Assembly: GCA_002256025.1 (NCBI GenBank)
Contig: NKIB01000168.1
Coordinates: 1-34,740 of the forward strand
Length of the DNA: 34,740 bases
DNA from: Asterionella formosa
Lineage: Eukaryota
Reading direction: 5' to 3'
The stretch's first letter is position 1, and each line of letters begins with the position of its first letter. A program made the translations under genes and the position numbers. Below, piece by piece: positions 20,237 through 32,322 of this stretch. The notes under the pieces are model-generated. The model saw only the letters and a program-made list of their open reading frames with translations, searched no databases and had not been told where the DNA came from.

Positions 20237-22298
20237 CGGGAAGATCTAGAGCAAAATCGCGTTCGTTCAATCATCCCACATATTATAGATCATTGCCGGA
20301 AACGAAAGACGACTTGTGCGGAAACAATTGAATTTGATATAATCTTGATATACTATCCGGATATTGAAAGGCTAGTTAGAGGAGAAAATCTCAATCAAAT
20401 CGGTCGACATGAACGTGAGCTACCGGTACGTACTTCCATGCAGAGCGCAGGATGTCGACAAGCCATAAATTATTATTGACATTGGTGGACCATAATGTCA
20501 TCACAATCATAATACATGTACAAATACACATAGCAACAAGCTCTTATAGATTATCAATGCCAAATTTCATAAAAAAAATACCAAACAACATCATCAATTC
20601 AGTCCAAGCAAACATTCTTGGTAACCTTGCAATCAAATCTAATTTCTTGTCGAAATGCTCATTAGCAAATCTTAACACTGGGCATAGATTGCTTCGGACG
20701 ATGAGCTGATGATATGAATAGAAATTTTTTTGCTTTTTAATTGGTAAACGAGATAAATTTGAAACGAGGTCATGTTTCTACATCTATTAATTTATTTACT
20801 TTTTACATGGCATTTTACTTCCCAGCAACAAACATGCAACTACCATCCAATGTGGTGGTGGGGTGGTTCAGAAAATATCTTGGGAAGTTTGTTCAGTGCT
20901 GGATTTTCCCTTCCCTGAAACCTCGATTGGTCCCAATCAAGACTACGGTACAACGCAACCTCAATTTGCTGCTGGCAGTCAAACCCTTCACACTATAATG
21001 TCCATGATTAGCCTAGAGGCCCGATTTCTTAATGTTCATAAATTGGAGAAAGGGGACTTTCAGAGCACAATACTGTCGCTTCATTCATTCATTCTATCCC
21101 TGCATGTCATATAATACTTGCGGTATAGTCATGGCGTTCACTCACTTCTGACATTTTCCATCCCCATACATACATTTGCAATAGTTGTTCGTTTTGGCGA
21201 GGGCACTCTATCGTATACACGAGCACTTCACTCTCGCTCTATTGCGCCTGCAACACATACTTACTTTATATGCATGGCGCTCATTGAATCATTGACCTTC
21301 ATACATCTTGATGAAACATTGGCACAAATCATTGTTCTTCGGCGAGGAGGCGGAGAAGGACTATCTTAGACTACCGGTATGGTACCTGGTAGCTGGTAGT
21401 ATGCATCAGAACCCATCGCTCATTTATACAAAGAGCAAAGAACCGGTATGTAGCAAGGGTACCTGGTTACGGTACCAGGTCCAAGGTCTGCTGTGGTAGT
21501 GGAACAGGACGAAGATTCGAGCTCTGTTGCATTACAAAAAGTTTCAGCAAAATTACCAGTACCGCAACTTGCACAGGTACAACATATAGGTATGGAGTAT
21601 TTCTAACATGCATGAAACCCCGGAAACCTTCAAACCTATGTAGAAGGCAGCAGTTGCTGCTTCTGCCTTCATGGACACAGTGGCTGTGACCCCTGGTACA
21701 TGGAGCTTAGTAGGTCCGGTAATCTAGATATTTAGCTTAATCTTTTCTGAAGTGCAAACCTGTTTTGCCGGACCGGTGGCGGCTTCAGTACATATGTAGG
21801 TACGCCAACGTTGAACGAGCTTTAAAAATCACAGTGACTTTTCCCACGAGGTTTTACCGTTATATCTCTGTTAATTTGCAGACTGGAATTGCATTTTCTT
21901 CTCTCGGCCCCAACGGCAAGCATTCCCTGAGGATGCGGCTTCCTCGGTCCAGCAATGTCGGGATTAACCTGTATACCATTCTGTTGCTTATGTACGCATA
22001 TGTGCATTCAACGCACTAGAGTCGATATTTAATTATCCATACAGAGATATCAATCAACAGCTGTATATAGGACGTATCCAAATTGTAACAAATTTATGAT
22101 ACATGCGGAGCAATGCAGTAGACCGTACAGCTGGTGCAGTACTGCACCTCCGTAAACTTCAAATCTAATTCCTTGTTTCTCCCCTGCTCTCGTCAAAAGC
22201 AAAACAGAAAATACAAATTAACAAAAAGTCTGCAACTAAACTAAATATCAGTTTTGTAATTCACACAAGTGACGGCTCTCTCTTCCACTCACTCACTC

Positions 22299-24740
22299 AT
22301 GATGATGAAGACGAAGCGCTTAGGAGGTTCATCTCGCCCCCGTTTGATGAAGCGGGGCAAGGCGGACGAAGTCGACAATCACGAGGTTTCTGAAGTGACG
22401 ATCCCTCCTTCCGACAGTACCTGTCCGGTGTCTGTTGTACATGTGGTTTCACCAGATCGTCGCCCTAACGATAATGAAATAGCACTTCTTAAACAACAGC
22501 TCCGCGATGCTCAACGTGTGGTGCGGGCGGTTCTGGGAGAAAGCAATGCCATGTTAGATACAAACGCCAGCATCAAAGCCATTCGCGTTTTTGCAAAAAT
22601 GAAAGCGGATCTTGGCTCAGCCAAGAAAACCCAGCAGAATGATGAAGGTTCCGGCACGGACCCTACGCGGATCGCGGATCTGGAAAAAAAAGTGGCGGAC
22701 CAAGAGATACAGTTGAAGGAGGGGCTCGAATGCATTGCGTCGCTCCAGGCCGACTTGCACGCGGCTCGTCAAGAAATTGAATACACGGACGTTACCGATT
22801 CAAGCGAATTGCTCCTTCATATTGACAGTCTGCAAGCTGAACTGGATGAGACGCAAAATGATGTGGAGGAGCTTGAACATGAACGGCAACTGAATATGAC
22901 AGAAATCGTCGACCTCTCCAAGGAACTCATGGACAAGGACCAGCGGATCAGAGAGCTCGAGCGCGAAAATGTCACTTTGCAAACCCAAGTCAAAGCAATG
23001 AACTCTCGTCTGGAGGATTCGAAAAAGAATTGGAATGAAGAAAAGGAAGGATTGGAAGATGAATTGACTGTCTTTTCGAGACAAGCACTAACTGTACTTC
23101 GGAGTCAAGTTAAGTATCATCAAAAACAAGCAGAGGAGTGGAAAACGCAGTGCGAAGTTGTGAACGCTGAACTAAGAAAGACGAAAAATCTACTGGACGA
23201 AGGGGTAAATCAAGACAGCGAGGATGAATTAGAAGTAAGGAGTCGTGGATCAGTATCCGATACTCCAAAACTTGCCAAAGTGACAGATCATCGCATTGAA
23301 GACTTGACGGCTGAAGTTTATAGGCTCAAGACAAAGGAACAAGCAGCTACAGAAGCAGCTAATGCGCTGGGAGTCGCACTTGACACACTCAATACTCAGA
23401 TTTCGGAGATTAATGTGAACTCAAGCGTCGATGGAGCTGCTGCCGCGGGTGCCGCACTCATGGTGAAGCGCCCCAAGGGGGAGTGGCATTCTAATAAGAA
23501 CAAGTTGCAAATCTCGAAGTATACCAATTCTTCTCAGACAAAGTTGATGTTGAATGAATCTGCCGATGGTGCTATTCTAAATAGGACCGACGACGAGATC
23601 GCGGACTTGACCATGGAAATCTATTCGAGCAATGCAGCTATTGAGAATCTTTCAACGGAACTGAGGGATTCCAAGCGTGAGATTGAAAGATTATCGATTT
23701 TGGTCGAGTCCACTGAGCCGCATTCTCCAATCAGGCTTTCGCGTCAGAAATCAGAATTTGCCGATCTTGAAGCTGAAATTAAGGAGTGCCATGCTCGTAT
23801 CGAAGACTTGACAAATGAAGTTTTGGAAAGTCAGACGCAAGTCGAAGATCTTAAAAAAGAGCTTGCCATTACTCGTTTGGCAGTGGGGTCTTATTCGGGC
23901 TCTGGAAAGGATCAGCTAGCCGTCAAGGATACGCCACTGGTTATGGAACAACAAAAGGTCCAAGTGCTCCTTAACGAAGTTGACGAACTCCGAGAACAGT
24001 TGCAGCATCGGCAGACTCAAGTGGAAGACCTTGAGTTGGAGCGAAACTTCAACGAAGCCAAGGTCAAGGAGCTCCAGCTGCTGTTGAAGATTGAAACAAA
24101 GAGTGAAGCTGAACAAGCTTTGCATGCCAAATCCATGGAGTGGTTGGATCTGAGTACGAAGTTGAAGGCTGCTTCAGCGGACCTAGATCGTACAAAGGCT
24201 CAGAAAGACCAGTTGGAGCAAGAACGGGACGCCAGCAAAGCCAAGGTGGCCGAGCTAAGTGAGCTGTGGGCTTGGATTGACCATGTCAAGGAGGAGATGG
24301 AATTAAAACTCCAGAAGGCGTCCAAATTGGCAAGATCACGCAAGGAACGTGTTAAGGAACTTGAGGAAGAGCGCGAACGTTACGTGAAGAAAGCTACTAG
24401 TTTGAGTATTGAACTTGCTGGTCTTAAGTCAACAATTGATGAACTTTCTGAGAAACTCAAGCATGAAGAAGATGTCAACAAGGAAAAAGATGCTATGATT
24501 CAGGCAAGAGATAAATTACTGGGCAAGCTGAAGGCAGCCAATGCAGCTGACCTGGATGCAAAGGCCAAGAGGAAAGCTGAACGAAAGTCTCGTGGTTTCT
24601 TTTCTAAACAGCATCAAGGACCTGCGGTACTTGGAAGGGACAGGGAATCCTTCGGAAGCCAGGGTGATGCTGACACTGCAGCTGGCATTCTGGATGCGAC
24701 ACCAGAAAATGACCGTTCTGTTGAAGGGACTTTCCTGTAG
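22299..24740 (+). CDS. Long coiled-coil protein, paralogue 1
   Basis: An ~813-aa E/K/L-rich heptad ORF with first ATG at 22299. Its C-terminal region aligns with 27377-30187. Confidence 0.85.
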   Translation: MMMKTKRLGGSSRPRLMKRGKADEVDNHEVSEVTIPPSDSTCPVSVVHVVSPDRRPNDNEIALLKQQLRDAQRVVRAVLGESNAMLDTNASIKAIRVFAKMKADLGSAKKTQQNDEGSGTDPTRIADLEKKVADQEIQLKEGLECIASLQADLHAARQEIEYTDVTDSSELLLHIDSLQAELDETQNDVEELEHERQLNMTEIVDLSKELMDKDQRIRELERENVTLQTQVKAMNSRLEDSKKNWNEEKEGLEDELTVFSRQALTVLRSQVKYHQKQAEEWKTQCEVVNAELRKTKNLLDEGVNQDSEDELEVRSRGSVSDTPKLAKVTDHRIEDLTAEVYRLKTKEQAATEAANALGVALDTLNTQISEINVNSSVDGAAAAGAALMVKRPKGEWHSNKNKLQISKYTNSSQTKLMLNESADGAILNRTDDEIADLTMEIYSSNAAIENLSTELRDSKREIERLSILVESTEPHSPIRLSRQKSEFADLEAEIKECHARIEDLTNEVLESQTQVEDLKKELAITRLAVGSYSGSGKDQLAVKDTPLVMEQQKVQVLLNEVDELREQLQHRQTQVEDLELERNFNEAKVKELQLLLKIETKSEAEQALHAKSMEWLDLSTKLKAASADLDRTKAQKDQLEQERDASKAKVAELSELWAWIDHVKEEMELKLQKASKLARSRKERVKELEEERERYVKKATSLSIELAGLKSTIDELSEKLKHEEDVNKEKDAMIQARDKLLGKLKAANAADLDAKAKRKAERKSRGFFSKQHQGPAVLGRDRESFGSQGDADTAAGILDATPENDRSVEGTFL

Positions 24741-27376
24741 CTCCTGCATTGACATCAAACAAGTTTGCAATTTAATTTAGGTTTGTGAATAATTTCTGCT
24801 TCTGCATTTTGAGTTTTGGCATTGCATGAACATGCAAACTAGAGATTTGTTGTATTTGTGATGTCACCCAAAAGCAAAAAATTGTTTTGATCATATTTTC
24901 ATAGAAACAATTCTTTTAGCATGTTGCATCGTTTTAGCAGCCAAATTCAATCTTTGTATGCTGAACCTGGGAAAGTCTGTTGGCATCACATGGTCCCAAT
25001 GATTTTATTAGTATCTTGGCATTATTTATTCAAATCTGATTGTTGTTCACTTTTTAGCTAAGTATAAAAGCGATAATAAAGCCTAGTTTAGTACAAAAAA
25101 CAGAGCAGCAAGGAATCTGCAAGGTTTCCGGCTTCCCCTTGGGGACTGCAGGAAAAAAGGGTCATCACCATGGTGAAAACAGCAATCATTCATGGAGGGA
25201 CAGGAAGATCAGAATCCGCGCCTGGCATCTTCAGCAGCATGATGCAACAATGCAAAGGTAATGAAAGGAATGGAGGAAATGACTCGAACGCAAAGAAAAA
25301 TACAGTCTATTAACAATGCATCTAAGAACTAGAGCAAATCAAGATCATGTCGAAAGCGTGCTAGCTCCAGAAATGGTGCAGTTTGAGGCGAAGCTGGCTA
25401 AAGCCTGACAAAATGTTAAACTACAAAATACAAAAGGAATAGAAATGTTTCAGTGGGGACCTAAGAACCCACCTTACAAGAATTTGACAGTTCCAAGCAA
25501 CAAAATGAGCTGACCATCTATTTTGTCTCATCCATCAGGTCCTTGTTGAGGTTCCGAAAATCATAATAAAAAAACATTTGAAGCTCTTCTACTGTCAAAT
25601 CCCTTCTTGTACACTTGTTAAGATTGAGTTGTGATAAAAAATGGGGCGTCAGGCATCTGAAAAAAGTCAATTACATTTTATGTTATGTTAAATCTATCCA
25701 ATAATCAGACTTGGGACCAAATAAGTTTACTCAAAAATATGTGTTACCACAAGCAAAACTGCTTGGGGGAAGCGACTTTGCTATTGTTGTCTTCTTTACA
25801 ATAGGAAATGGTGATGGCTGGTCATCTTCATCACTGCTATCTGAGATAAGAACAAAGTCAGGGTCTTCTTGTGCTTCCGGCTTTCTTCGTTGTTGTGCAC
25901 CATCAGAGTCTTTATCCTCTTCTTCTTCATTTTCCTCAATTATAGATTTATTGTCATTTACATTGTTTTGTTTGACTTCATTGTAAGTGATAGGAGGAGG
26001 GTAAAGTTGAGCAACAAGTTGCTTCTTTTCAACAATACTAAATTCATCAATGTTGACAGGTCCAACAAAAGAAGGTTGCCTCTTTTCAACAATACCTTCT
26101 TTGTCCTCATCAGCTGTACTACTGCTTTGATTTATTGTTGAAATGCATCTAAGACGCGAAATACGCCACTTTTCGAAATTTCGTCTACGTATGAGTGTTA
26201 ATTATGTGGTACTTCTTATGCATTAATGCCACTCTTCACGTAAAAAAGATTACTTTTAACTGTTTCATGTGAAGTTTTAACTGTTTCATGTGAAGTTTTC
26301 ACAATGAATTTTGAACGCGAGACTGAATTAGTTGATGTTTCAAATAATTCATTTGACTTTTCGAAATTTCTGGGAATATCTTTTGCATCAGAACTTTCAG
26401 CTATAGCCACTAGTTCAGTGCTCATTGCAACAATTAACCAAGGTGTATGTAGCTGTGCTTTGTGATATGATGAGGAGATGTTGATAGGCAGGTTACAGAG
26501 TATCAATGATGATTCTTGTTTGACCAGATGAGGTGCGGCTCAAAGGCAGGTATAGAGTATATTATATCTATGACAAAAAGTTATGTTGATGAACCAACAA
26601 CACAACCAAAACAAATTGTTATAGTTGTGCAATATCATTAGTGCGATCTTGCCTTGTTTGCAGTTATTGATCAGTGACAACAGATGTGATACACAGCAAT
26701 CAATGGCTGTATCACGGGGGTAATCCCAACTAAAAACCCGTTTGTGAAATATATTTTTGAAAACCCGGAGATGATAGAGCAATAACGACCAAGAATGACA
26801 GAATGATAAGAACCCCCTTTTAGAGTCATCTGATGTCTGTTATCCGTAGATAACAGTACCAGTACCAGTACAAGGTACGAGGGTATATATGTCGGTAATT
26901 GTCAGTACGTATACCGGTATTTGATATAGTATTGAGCCAGTAAGAGACTACCAACAATTTATCATTGTTTGCGTTGTCAATGATATTTTACTTGGCATAC
27001 CGGTGGTATACAGTATAATGACCCAATTTTTCTTGGCAAGTCATTTCCAGTCATTAGCTCTGTATTGCTCGATCGTACGTACTGTCGTTTATCCGCTCAC
27101 GACCGTTTATTGCTCCCGTGCCGTATGAATGTGTGAACCCCAATTCAATAACTACAGGGAAGGATAAATATATTACATATGTAGCGGAAAATCGAGAACC
27201 AACATCACCTTTGCCCCCCTTAGTACCGGTAAGGATAAATGATGACTGCGGCACAACACAAAAAAGAATCATACCGGTGAAATTAAAATTAAAATTTTAG
27301 AACATTAACAAGTGTCCTGTCCAGACCTTTGTAATTTACACAAGCCAACAAACAGCGGAATACTTTCTCTCTTCAA

Positions 27377-30187
27377 ATGACGCCTGACTTGGAAAAGAAG
27401 GAACGCAGGGCCCGACGAGCATTGCGCAGGGGCTCGATCGGCTCCCTGACGTCCAGCATCAGCGATTCCGGTACCTTGAAAAGCTCTCGTAGCGTCAAGG
27501 CTGGGAAGGACTCCTCAAAACGTACAGAGTTGGAGTCGGACCAACCACTCTCTAACCTTACTCGTCAAGAACTCAAACACAAGGAACTGGAAAAGAAGGA
27601 ACGCAGGGCTCGTAGAGCGGAGACGAGGGAGTCAGCCAGTAATCAAGCATCCGACAGTCTAGTGAAGGGCACTTGTAGCTTGAAGGAAGAAGCAGCCACA
27701 ACAATTGCATCGTTGCCTACTGCTTATGAAGTAGCGGAGCCTCTGCACACCAGGTCGGCGAGTCACCTTTTCGATACTCGTCAAGAACTCAAAATGACGG
27801 AATTGGAAAAGAAGGAACGCAGGTCACGACGAGCAGATCAGAGGTCATCCAGATCACTGTCGGTTGGCAGTCACAAGAGAAGCACTCGTAATTTGAAGGA
27901 ACTATCCTCAAAATCTACACATGAATCAGGACTGGTGAAAAAATTGGAAAAGAAGGAACGCAGGAACCGAAGAGCAGATCAGAGAGAGTCAACTAGATCG
28001 CTGTCGGTTTGCAGCCAACTGAGAAGCACTTGTAGCTTGAAGGAACTATCCTCAAAACGTACTTTTCAACCAGAATGGCCGAATCAAGGACAAGATCTTT
28101 CAACCCAGGTCAAGTCGATCTCTGCTCGTCCAGAAGACAAAGACCAAAAGAAGAAAACGAAGAAGAAGAAGAAGAAGACATCAATGAATCGGTCCGACCG
28201 CGATATTTTTCACCTACAGGAACCTAAAGAACGTATCAACGAGCTAGAAGTTGATAATTCGACTTTGAAAAACGAATTCAAAGAAGGCATATTTCACCTT
28301 GAGGATTCCAGAAAACAAGTGGTAGAAGGTAAGGAATCAATGACAGTGAAGTCGGCTGCCATTTCGCCAGAAGTAGTGGCGGTTTTGCAGAATCAAGTCA
28401 AGTATCATCAACAACGAGAACTTCACTGGCAAATGCAGTGTGAAAATATATTGTCCGAACTAAAGACGACGAAACTTCATTTCGACGAAGAAGTGCGTCG
28501 CATGAAACTCGTTCGACGTGAGCGAGCCAAGGAACAAAAAGAGCTCCACGACGTTGAGATCGAACTGGAACATTTGAAACAAGATCAAGGTTTCGACGTA
28601 CTCCACCAAGTTACATTGGATCGTAACCATCTAGACGAGGTAGCGGAGCTTAAACTTCAACTTCGGCTTGCCAATGAAAGGCTGGAATTATTTGAAAGTC
28701 AAGACTCATTAAGGCAAACGAGGATTCACAGTTGGGTATCGGATACTCCAACGTTTACTAATGTGAAGGATGTTCGTATTGAAGTCTTGACTGCAGAAGT
28801 CAATCAACTCAAGGCAAACGAACAAGCAAGCACGGAAGTGATTATTGCTTTAGGAGTCGAACTTGAGAACGAGCGCACTAAAGTAGCGTTGCTCAGCAAG
28901 GAGATTTTCGAAATCAATGAGAAAGCAAAAGTTGACAATACTGGGTTGACGGCCGGTGTCACGGAGGATGACCGGTTAAGTGCAACTGCCAGCACTACTG
29001 GACAGAGAAGGACCAACAGGAAGATCTTGGACTTGGCCACGGAAATCCATTCAAGCAGGGCAACTATTGAGAATCTTTCAATCCAATTGGTGGAGTCCAA
29101 ACTTGAGATTGAGCGATTCTCGACTTTGATCCTGTCGACCGAGCAGCCCTCTCCAATGAAACCAACGTCACAGCAAACAGGAAGTGCCGAGATCAAATCT
29201 GAACTTAAAGCGTGCCATGCTCGCATTGAAGCTTTGACGAATGAAGTTTTGGAAAGTAAGACCGAATTCGACGATCTTAAAAAAGAGCTGATAGGCATAT
29301 CTCATGTGACGGAAGCAGCGGACTCGGAAACTGCAGATTCAGTCTCTGTCAAGGAAGAGCTGGCATTCAAGGATACCAACGTGCTAAAGGAACAACAGAA
29401 ATTCCATATGATAATGAACGAGGTGGATGAACTCAGAGCACAGTTGCAGCATTGCCAGACACAAGTGGAAGACCTCGAATTGGAGCGCAACTTCAACCAC
29501 GCAAAAGTTGAGGAGCTCCAGCAGCTGTTAATGATTGAAACAAAATGTGAAGCTGAACAAGCTTTGTATGTCAAGTCATTGGCTTGTGCAGAACTGAGTA
29601 CAAAGCTGGAGGCTGTTTCTGCAAACCTAAGTCGCACAAAGGCTCAGAAGGTGAGGTTGGAACAAAAACGGGAAGTCAACAAAGCCAAGGGTGCTGAACT
29701 GAGTGAACTTTGGGTAAACCAACCCGCGATCGACAAGTTGGAGTCGAAACTCGCGAGGACTTCGAAATTGTCAGAAGCACGCCAAGAACTTATTACGGAA
29801 CTCGAGGAAGAACGCCAACGTTTTGTGAAAAAAGCTACTGATTTGAGTGTTGAACTTGCTGCTCTCAAGTCGACAATTGATGACTTGTCGGAGATGCTGA
29901 TGCATGAGGAAGATGCCAATAGGGAGAAAGATGCCATGATCAAAGCAGCTGAAATCGACCGAGACGAAATATTGGCAGAGCTGAAGACAGCCATGTTGAC
30001 TGACTTGGACGAGCCAAGGACGCCGAAGAATTCTGTGACAACTCCTCTTCAATTTATTTCGAAACAATATAAATCTCACCGATGTCAGGTATCCTTCGAT
30101 AGTCAGGGTGATGCCGACAAGGCTGCTGGAAGTCAGCATGCAGCACCAGTAATAGCAGGAAGTGAAATTTGCCGAACAACAGCTTGA
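27377..30187 (+). CDS. Long coiled-coil protein, paralogue 2, with four N-terminal LEKKERRxRRA repeats
   Basis: A 936-aa ORF sharing blocks with paralogue 1, such as QVKYHQ..W..QCE, QTQVEDLELERNFN.AKV.ELQ, LKSTID.LSE and SF.SQGDAD.AAG. Confidence 0.88.
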   Translation: MTPDLEKKERRARRALRRGSIGSLTSSISDSGTLKSSRSVKAGKDSSKRTELESDQPLSNLTRQELKHKELEKKERRARRAETRESASNQASDSLVKGTCSLKEEAATTIASLPTAYEVAEPLHTRSASHLFDTRQELKMTELEKKERRSRRADQRSSRSLSVGSHKRSTRNLKELSSKSTHESGLVKKLEKKERRNRRADQRESTRSLSVCSQLRSTCSLKELSSKRTFQPEWPNQGQDLSTQVKSISARPEDKDQKKKTKKKKKKTSMNRSDRDIFHLQEPKERINELEVDNSTLKNEFKEGIFHLEDSRKQVVEGKESMTVKSAAISPEVVAVLQNQVKYHQQRELHWQMQCENILSELKTTKLHFDEEVRRMKLVRRERAKEQKELHDVEIELEHLKQDQGFDVLHQVTLDRNHLDEVAELKLQLRLANERLELFESQDSLRQTRIHSWVSDTPTFTNVKDVRIEVLTAEVNQLKANEQASTEVIIALGVELENERTKVALLSKEIFEINEKAKVDNTGLTAGVTEDDRLSATASTTGQRRTNRKILDLATEIHSSRATIENLSIQLVESKLEIERFSTLILSTEQPSPMKPTSQQTGSAEIKSELKACHARIEALTNEVLESKTEFDDLKKELIGISHVTEAADSETADSVSVKEELAFKDTNVLKEQQKFHMIMNEVDELRAQLQHCQTQVEDLELERNFNHAKVEELQQLLMIETKCEAEQALYVKSLACAELSTKLEAVSANLSRTKAQKVRLEQKREVNKAKGAELSELWVNQPAIDKLESKLARTSKLSEARQELITELEEERQRFVKKATDLSVELAALKSTIDDLSEMLMHEEDANREKDAMIKAAEIDRDEILAELKTAMLTDLDEPRTPKNSVTTPLQFISKQYKSHRCQVSFDSQGDADKAAGSQHAAPVIAGSEICRTTA

Positions 30188-30661
30188 TCGACAACAAAAC
30201 TAGGACGCATACTACACCGTTTTACATGGCACAATATTTTGTATAATATCATACTGTTAAAAGTAGCATTTGGGCGAAAGTTTTCACCCAGAATGTATTT
30301 ACACATATTCAATAACTTGAATTAGTGAAGTGGTCATGGAAATGTTTTACCTGGTACAATTATTCGTTCGGATCATCCAACTTGAAACTTTGCACGATCG
30401 CGATGATAGCATGTATTCCTGTACGGAATGAGACACATGGCCATCATAGCGACGTGAGAGCGAGTACCCCCGGTAATGATTTGTCAGTCGTAGGACTATA
30501 TTAAGTTGGAATACTGTACATCCGCCACCTTGCAACGGATTATTGCTCGTCGAAGGAAATTGAGATGGTTCTGATTCTGTAAACAAATTCACTGATAGTT
30601 TTCCCTTGATCACATGGAGGTAAACGTTGGCAATGCAGCATAAATAGTAAATAATTATAGC

Positions 30662-30868
30662 TAAAATGACAACAAAATACCTCTCTCTTATGCCTGACGC
30701 CATGTTCACATGGATCCCCCATCCCCCAGTGGTAAATGTCATTTGGCAACAAGGTATTTATAGTACTATAAAATGACAACAAAATGCCTCTCTCGTATAC
30801 CTGACGCCATGTTCACATGAATCCCCTAGTGGTAAATGTCATTTGGCAACAAGGCATTTATAGTACTA
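30662..30868 (+). repeat. Tandem duplication of ~100 bp
   Basis: Copy 1 (30662-30768) and copy 2 (30769-30868) run TAAAATGACAACAAAAT...TTTATAGTACTA. They differ by a few substitutions and an extra ATCCCCC in copy 1. Confidence 0.92.
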
Positions 30869-30903
30869 TACATATACATGCAGTACCAATAGTTGTGTCT
30901 CGT

Positions 30904-32322
30904 TTATTGTCCACGACCTGGACTTGTACTGGTTGGCATTTTCTGACCTGATGGGCGATACCGACCAGCATTAGGATTCCGACGTCGACGTCGCCGATCA
31001 GCTGCCATTTCTTCCATTTGAAGACTTTTGACCAATTTCCCGTGTTGACGTTCCTTGGCTCGAATGTTGGCTGATTCAGAAAATTGTTGTGACCGTACCC
31101 GACGAGATTGTAATTGTCTAACTTGTGTTGATATGGACGTGACTATAGACGTTCCAAGTGTGTCGAGTAATGTAGTTGCAATGGTACGAGACGTCATACG
31201 AGCCTTGCGTGGGATTGCCAGAGCAAGTTCCACATGGACATTTCCTTGGTCCTCCCTTGTGACACGGAGTGTCAATTGTCCATCCAACACTCCACCCTGG
31301 AGTGTGACGTAGGATACAGAGACCATGTGATCGGATTCTTCTTGATGATTCACCTTGAGTGGTTGTAATCCATATCCATTCCAATCTCCAGCCTTGGGGA
31401 TAACTAAAAGAGCCAATCGTGCCCGAGACAGAAATTTCGTGTCTTGCGAAAACTCCGTAAACCGTCTCGATGTGAGAATATCACTTGCCGCTTCAAACAA
31501 CAAATCTGCCATGGCAGAGTACACCTCATCATCATCATCGTCGTCGTCGTCGTCTCTATCTGTTTTTCTATCTGGCATGAAATCTTCCAGTTCCAATGTT
31601 AGTTTCGCCGTGGCAAGTTGAGATACCTTACATGTCCGTGGCAATTTGTTATACCATTCCACCCCATTTTCTCCACATGCTGTTGTCTTTATCGTTGCTA
31701 ATTGTTGTATTTCTTGTTCCACCTTGATGGTTGGATGGAATGAAACTTGTTTGCTCCCAAAGGATTCTAGTTGCAATACTTTCTGAAGATAGGGTCCAGG
31801 TGGACTCCAAAATGTGGAGTGACCCTTGGATAGTATTCCTGAACGTGTCGAAAGGACAAGACCAGTTTTCGGTACTGTCCAACTTATATACAGCATAAGT
31901 AGTAACGCCGTTGAACAAGTACCAAACGCCTTTGGATGTTTGGATGCCAATTGTTTGACAACCAAAAGCAGTGTCGTCAGCAGCCGAAGTATCGCTTGTG
32001 GCCAAGAATTCATAGATTGTCTTGTTGTTGTCGGCGACAGTGGTTGCTGCTGCATCATGTCCTTTTGATTCCGTTGCAGCATGCGTTGTAGTTCTTCCAC
32101 AGTCAAATCATTGGCGTTGGCTACTTGTGTCAAGGTAGCTTGTGGATCTGGTGAATTGGCAATGGCCTGTTGTAATTGTGTCAATTGATCACGTTGTTTC
32201 TGAGACAATGGCAACGGACCACCACCGTCCTTGTCATCCTTTGGATTGGGGGTAAAGGTAGCTTCCAAGCCAGCAATAGTCGACGAAAGGAGGAAGCATA
32301 GCAACAGTAGCAATTGCATCAT
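30904..32322 (-). CDS. Hypothetical protein with signal peptide and internal hydrophobic helices
   Basis: A 472-aa intronless ORF with signal peptide MMQLLLLLCFLLSSTIAG, a Q-rich helical N-domain, two hydrophobic segments, a poly-D run and a basic C-terminus. Confidence 0.8.
   Translation of the reverse strand: MMQLLLLLCFLLSSTIAGLEATFTPNPKDDKDGGGPLPLSQKQRDQLTQLQQAIANSPDPQATLTQVANANDLTVEELQRMLQRNQKDMMQQQPLSPTTTRQSMNSWPQAILRLLTTLLLVVKQLASKHPKAFGTCSTALLLMLYISWTVPKTGLVLSTRSGILSKGHSTFWSPPGPYLQKVLQLESFGSKQVSFHPTIKVEQEIQQLATIKTTACGENGVEWYNKLPRTCKVSQLATAKLTLELEDFMPDRKTDRDDDDDDDDDEVYSAMADLLFEAASDILTSRRFTEFSQDTKFLSRARLALLVIPKAGDWNGYGLQPLKVNHQEESDHMVSVSYVTLQGGVLDGQLTLRVTREDQGNVHVELALAIPRKARMTSRTIATTLLDTLGTSIVTSISTQVRQLQSRRVRSQQFSESANIRAKERQHGKLVKSLQMEEMAADRRRRRRNPNAGRYRPSGQKMPTSTSPGRGQ

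Noticed and set aside
24900..26800. Decayed transposon or Ulp1-like gene between the coiled-coil paralogues
   Set aside because: There is coding-like acidic sequence and a 21-bp duplication near 26254-26300, but no catalytic motif I can support.
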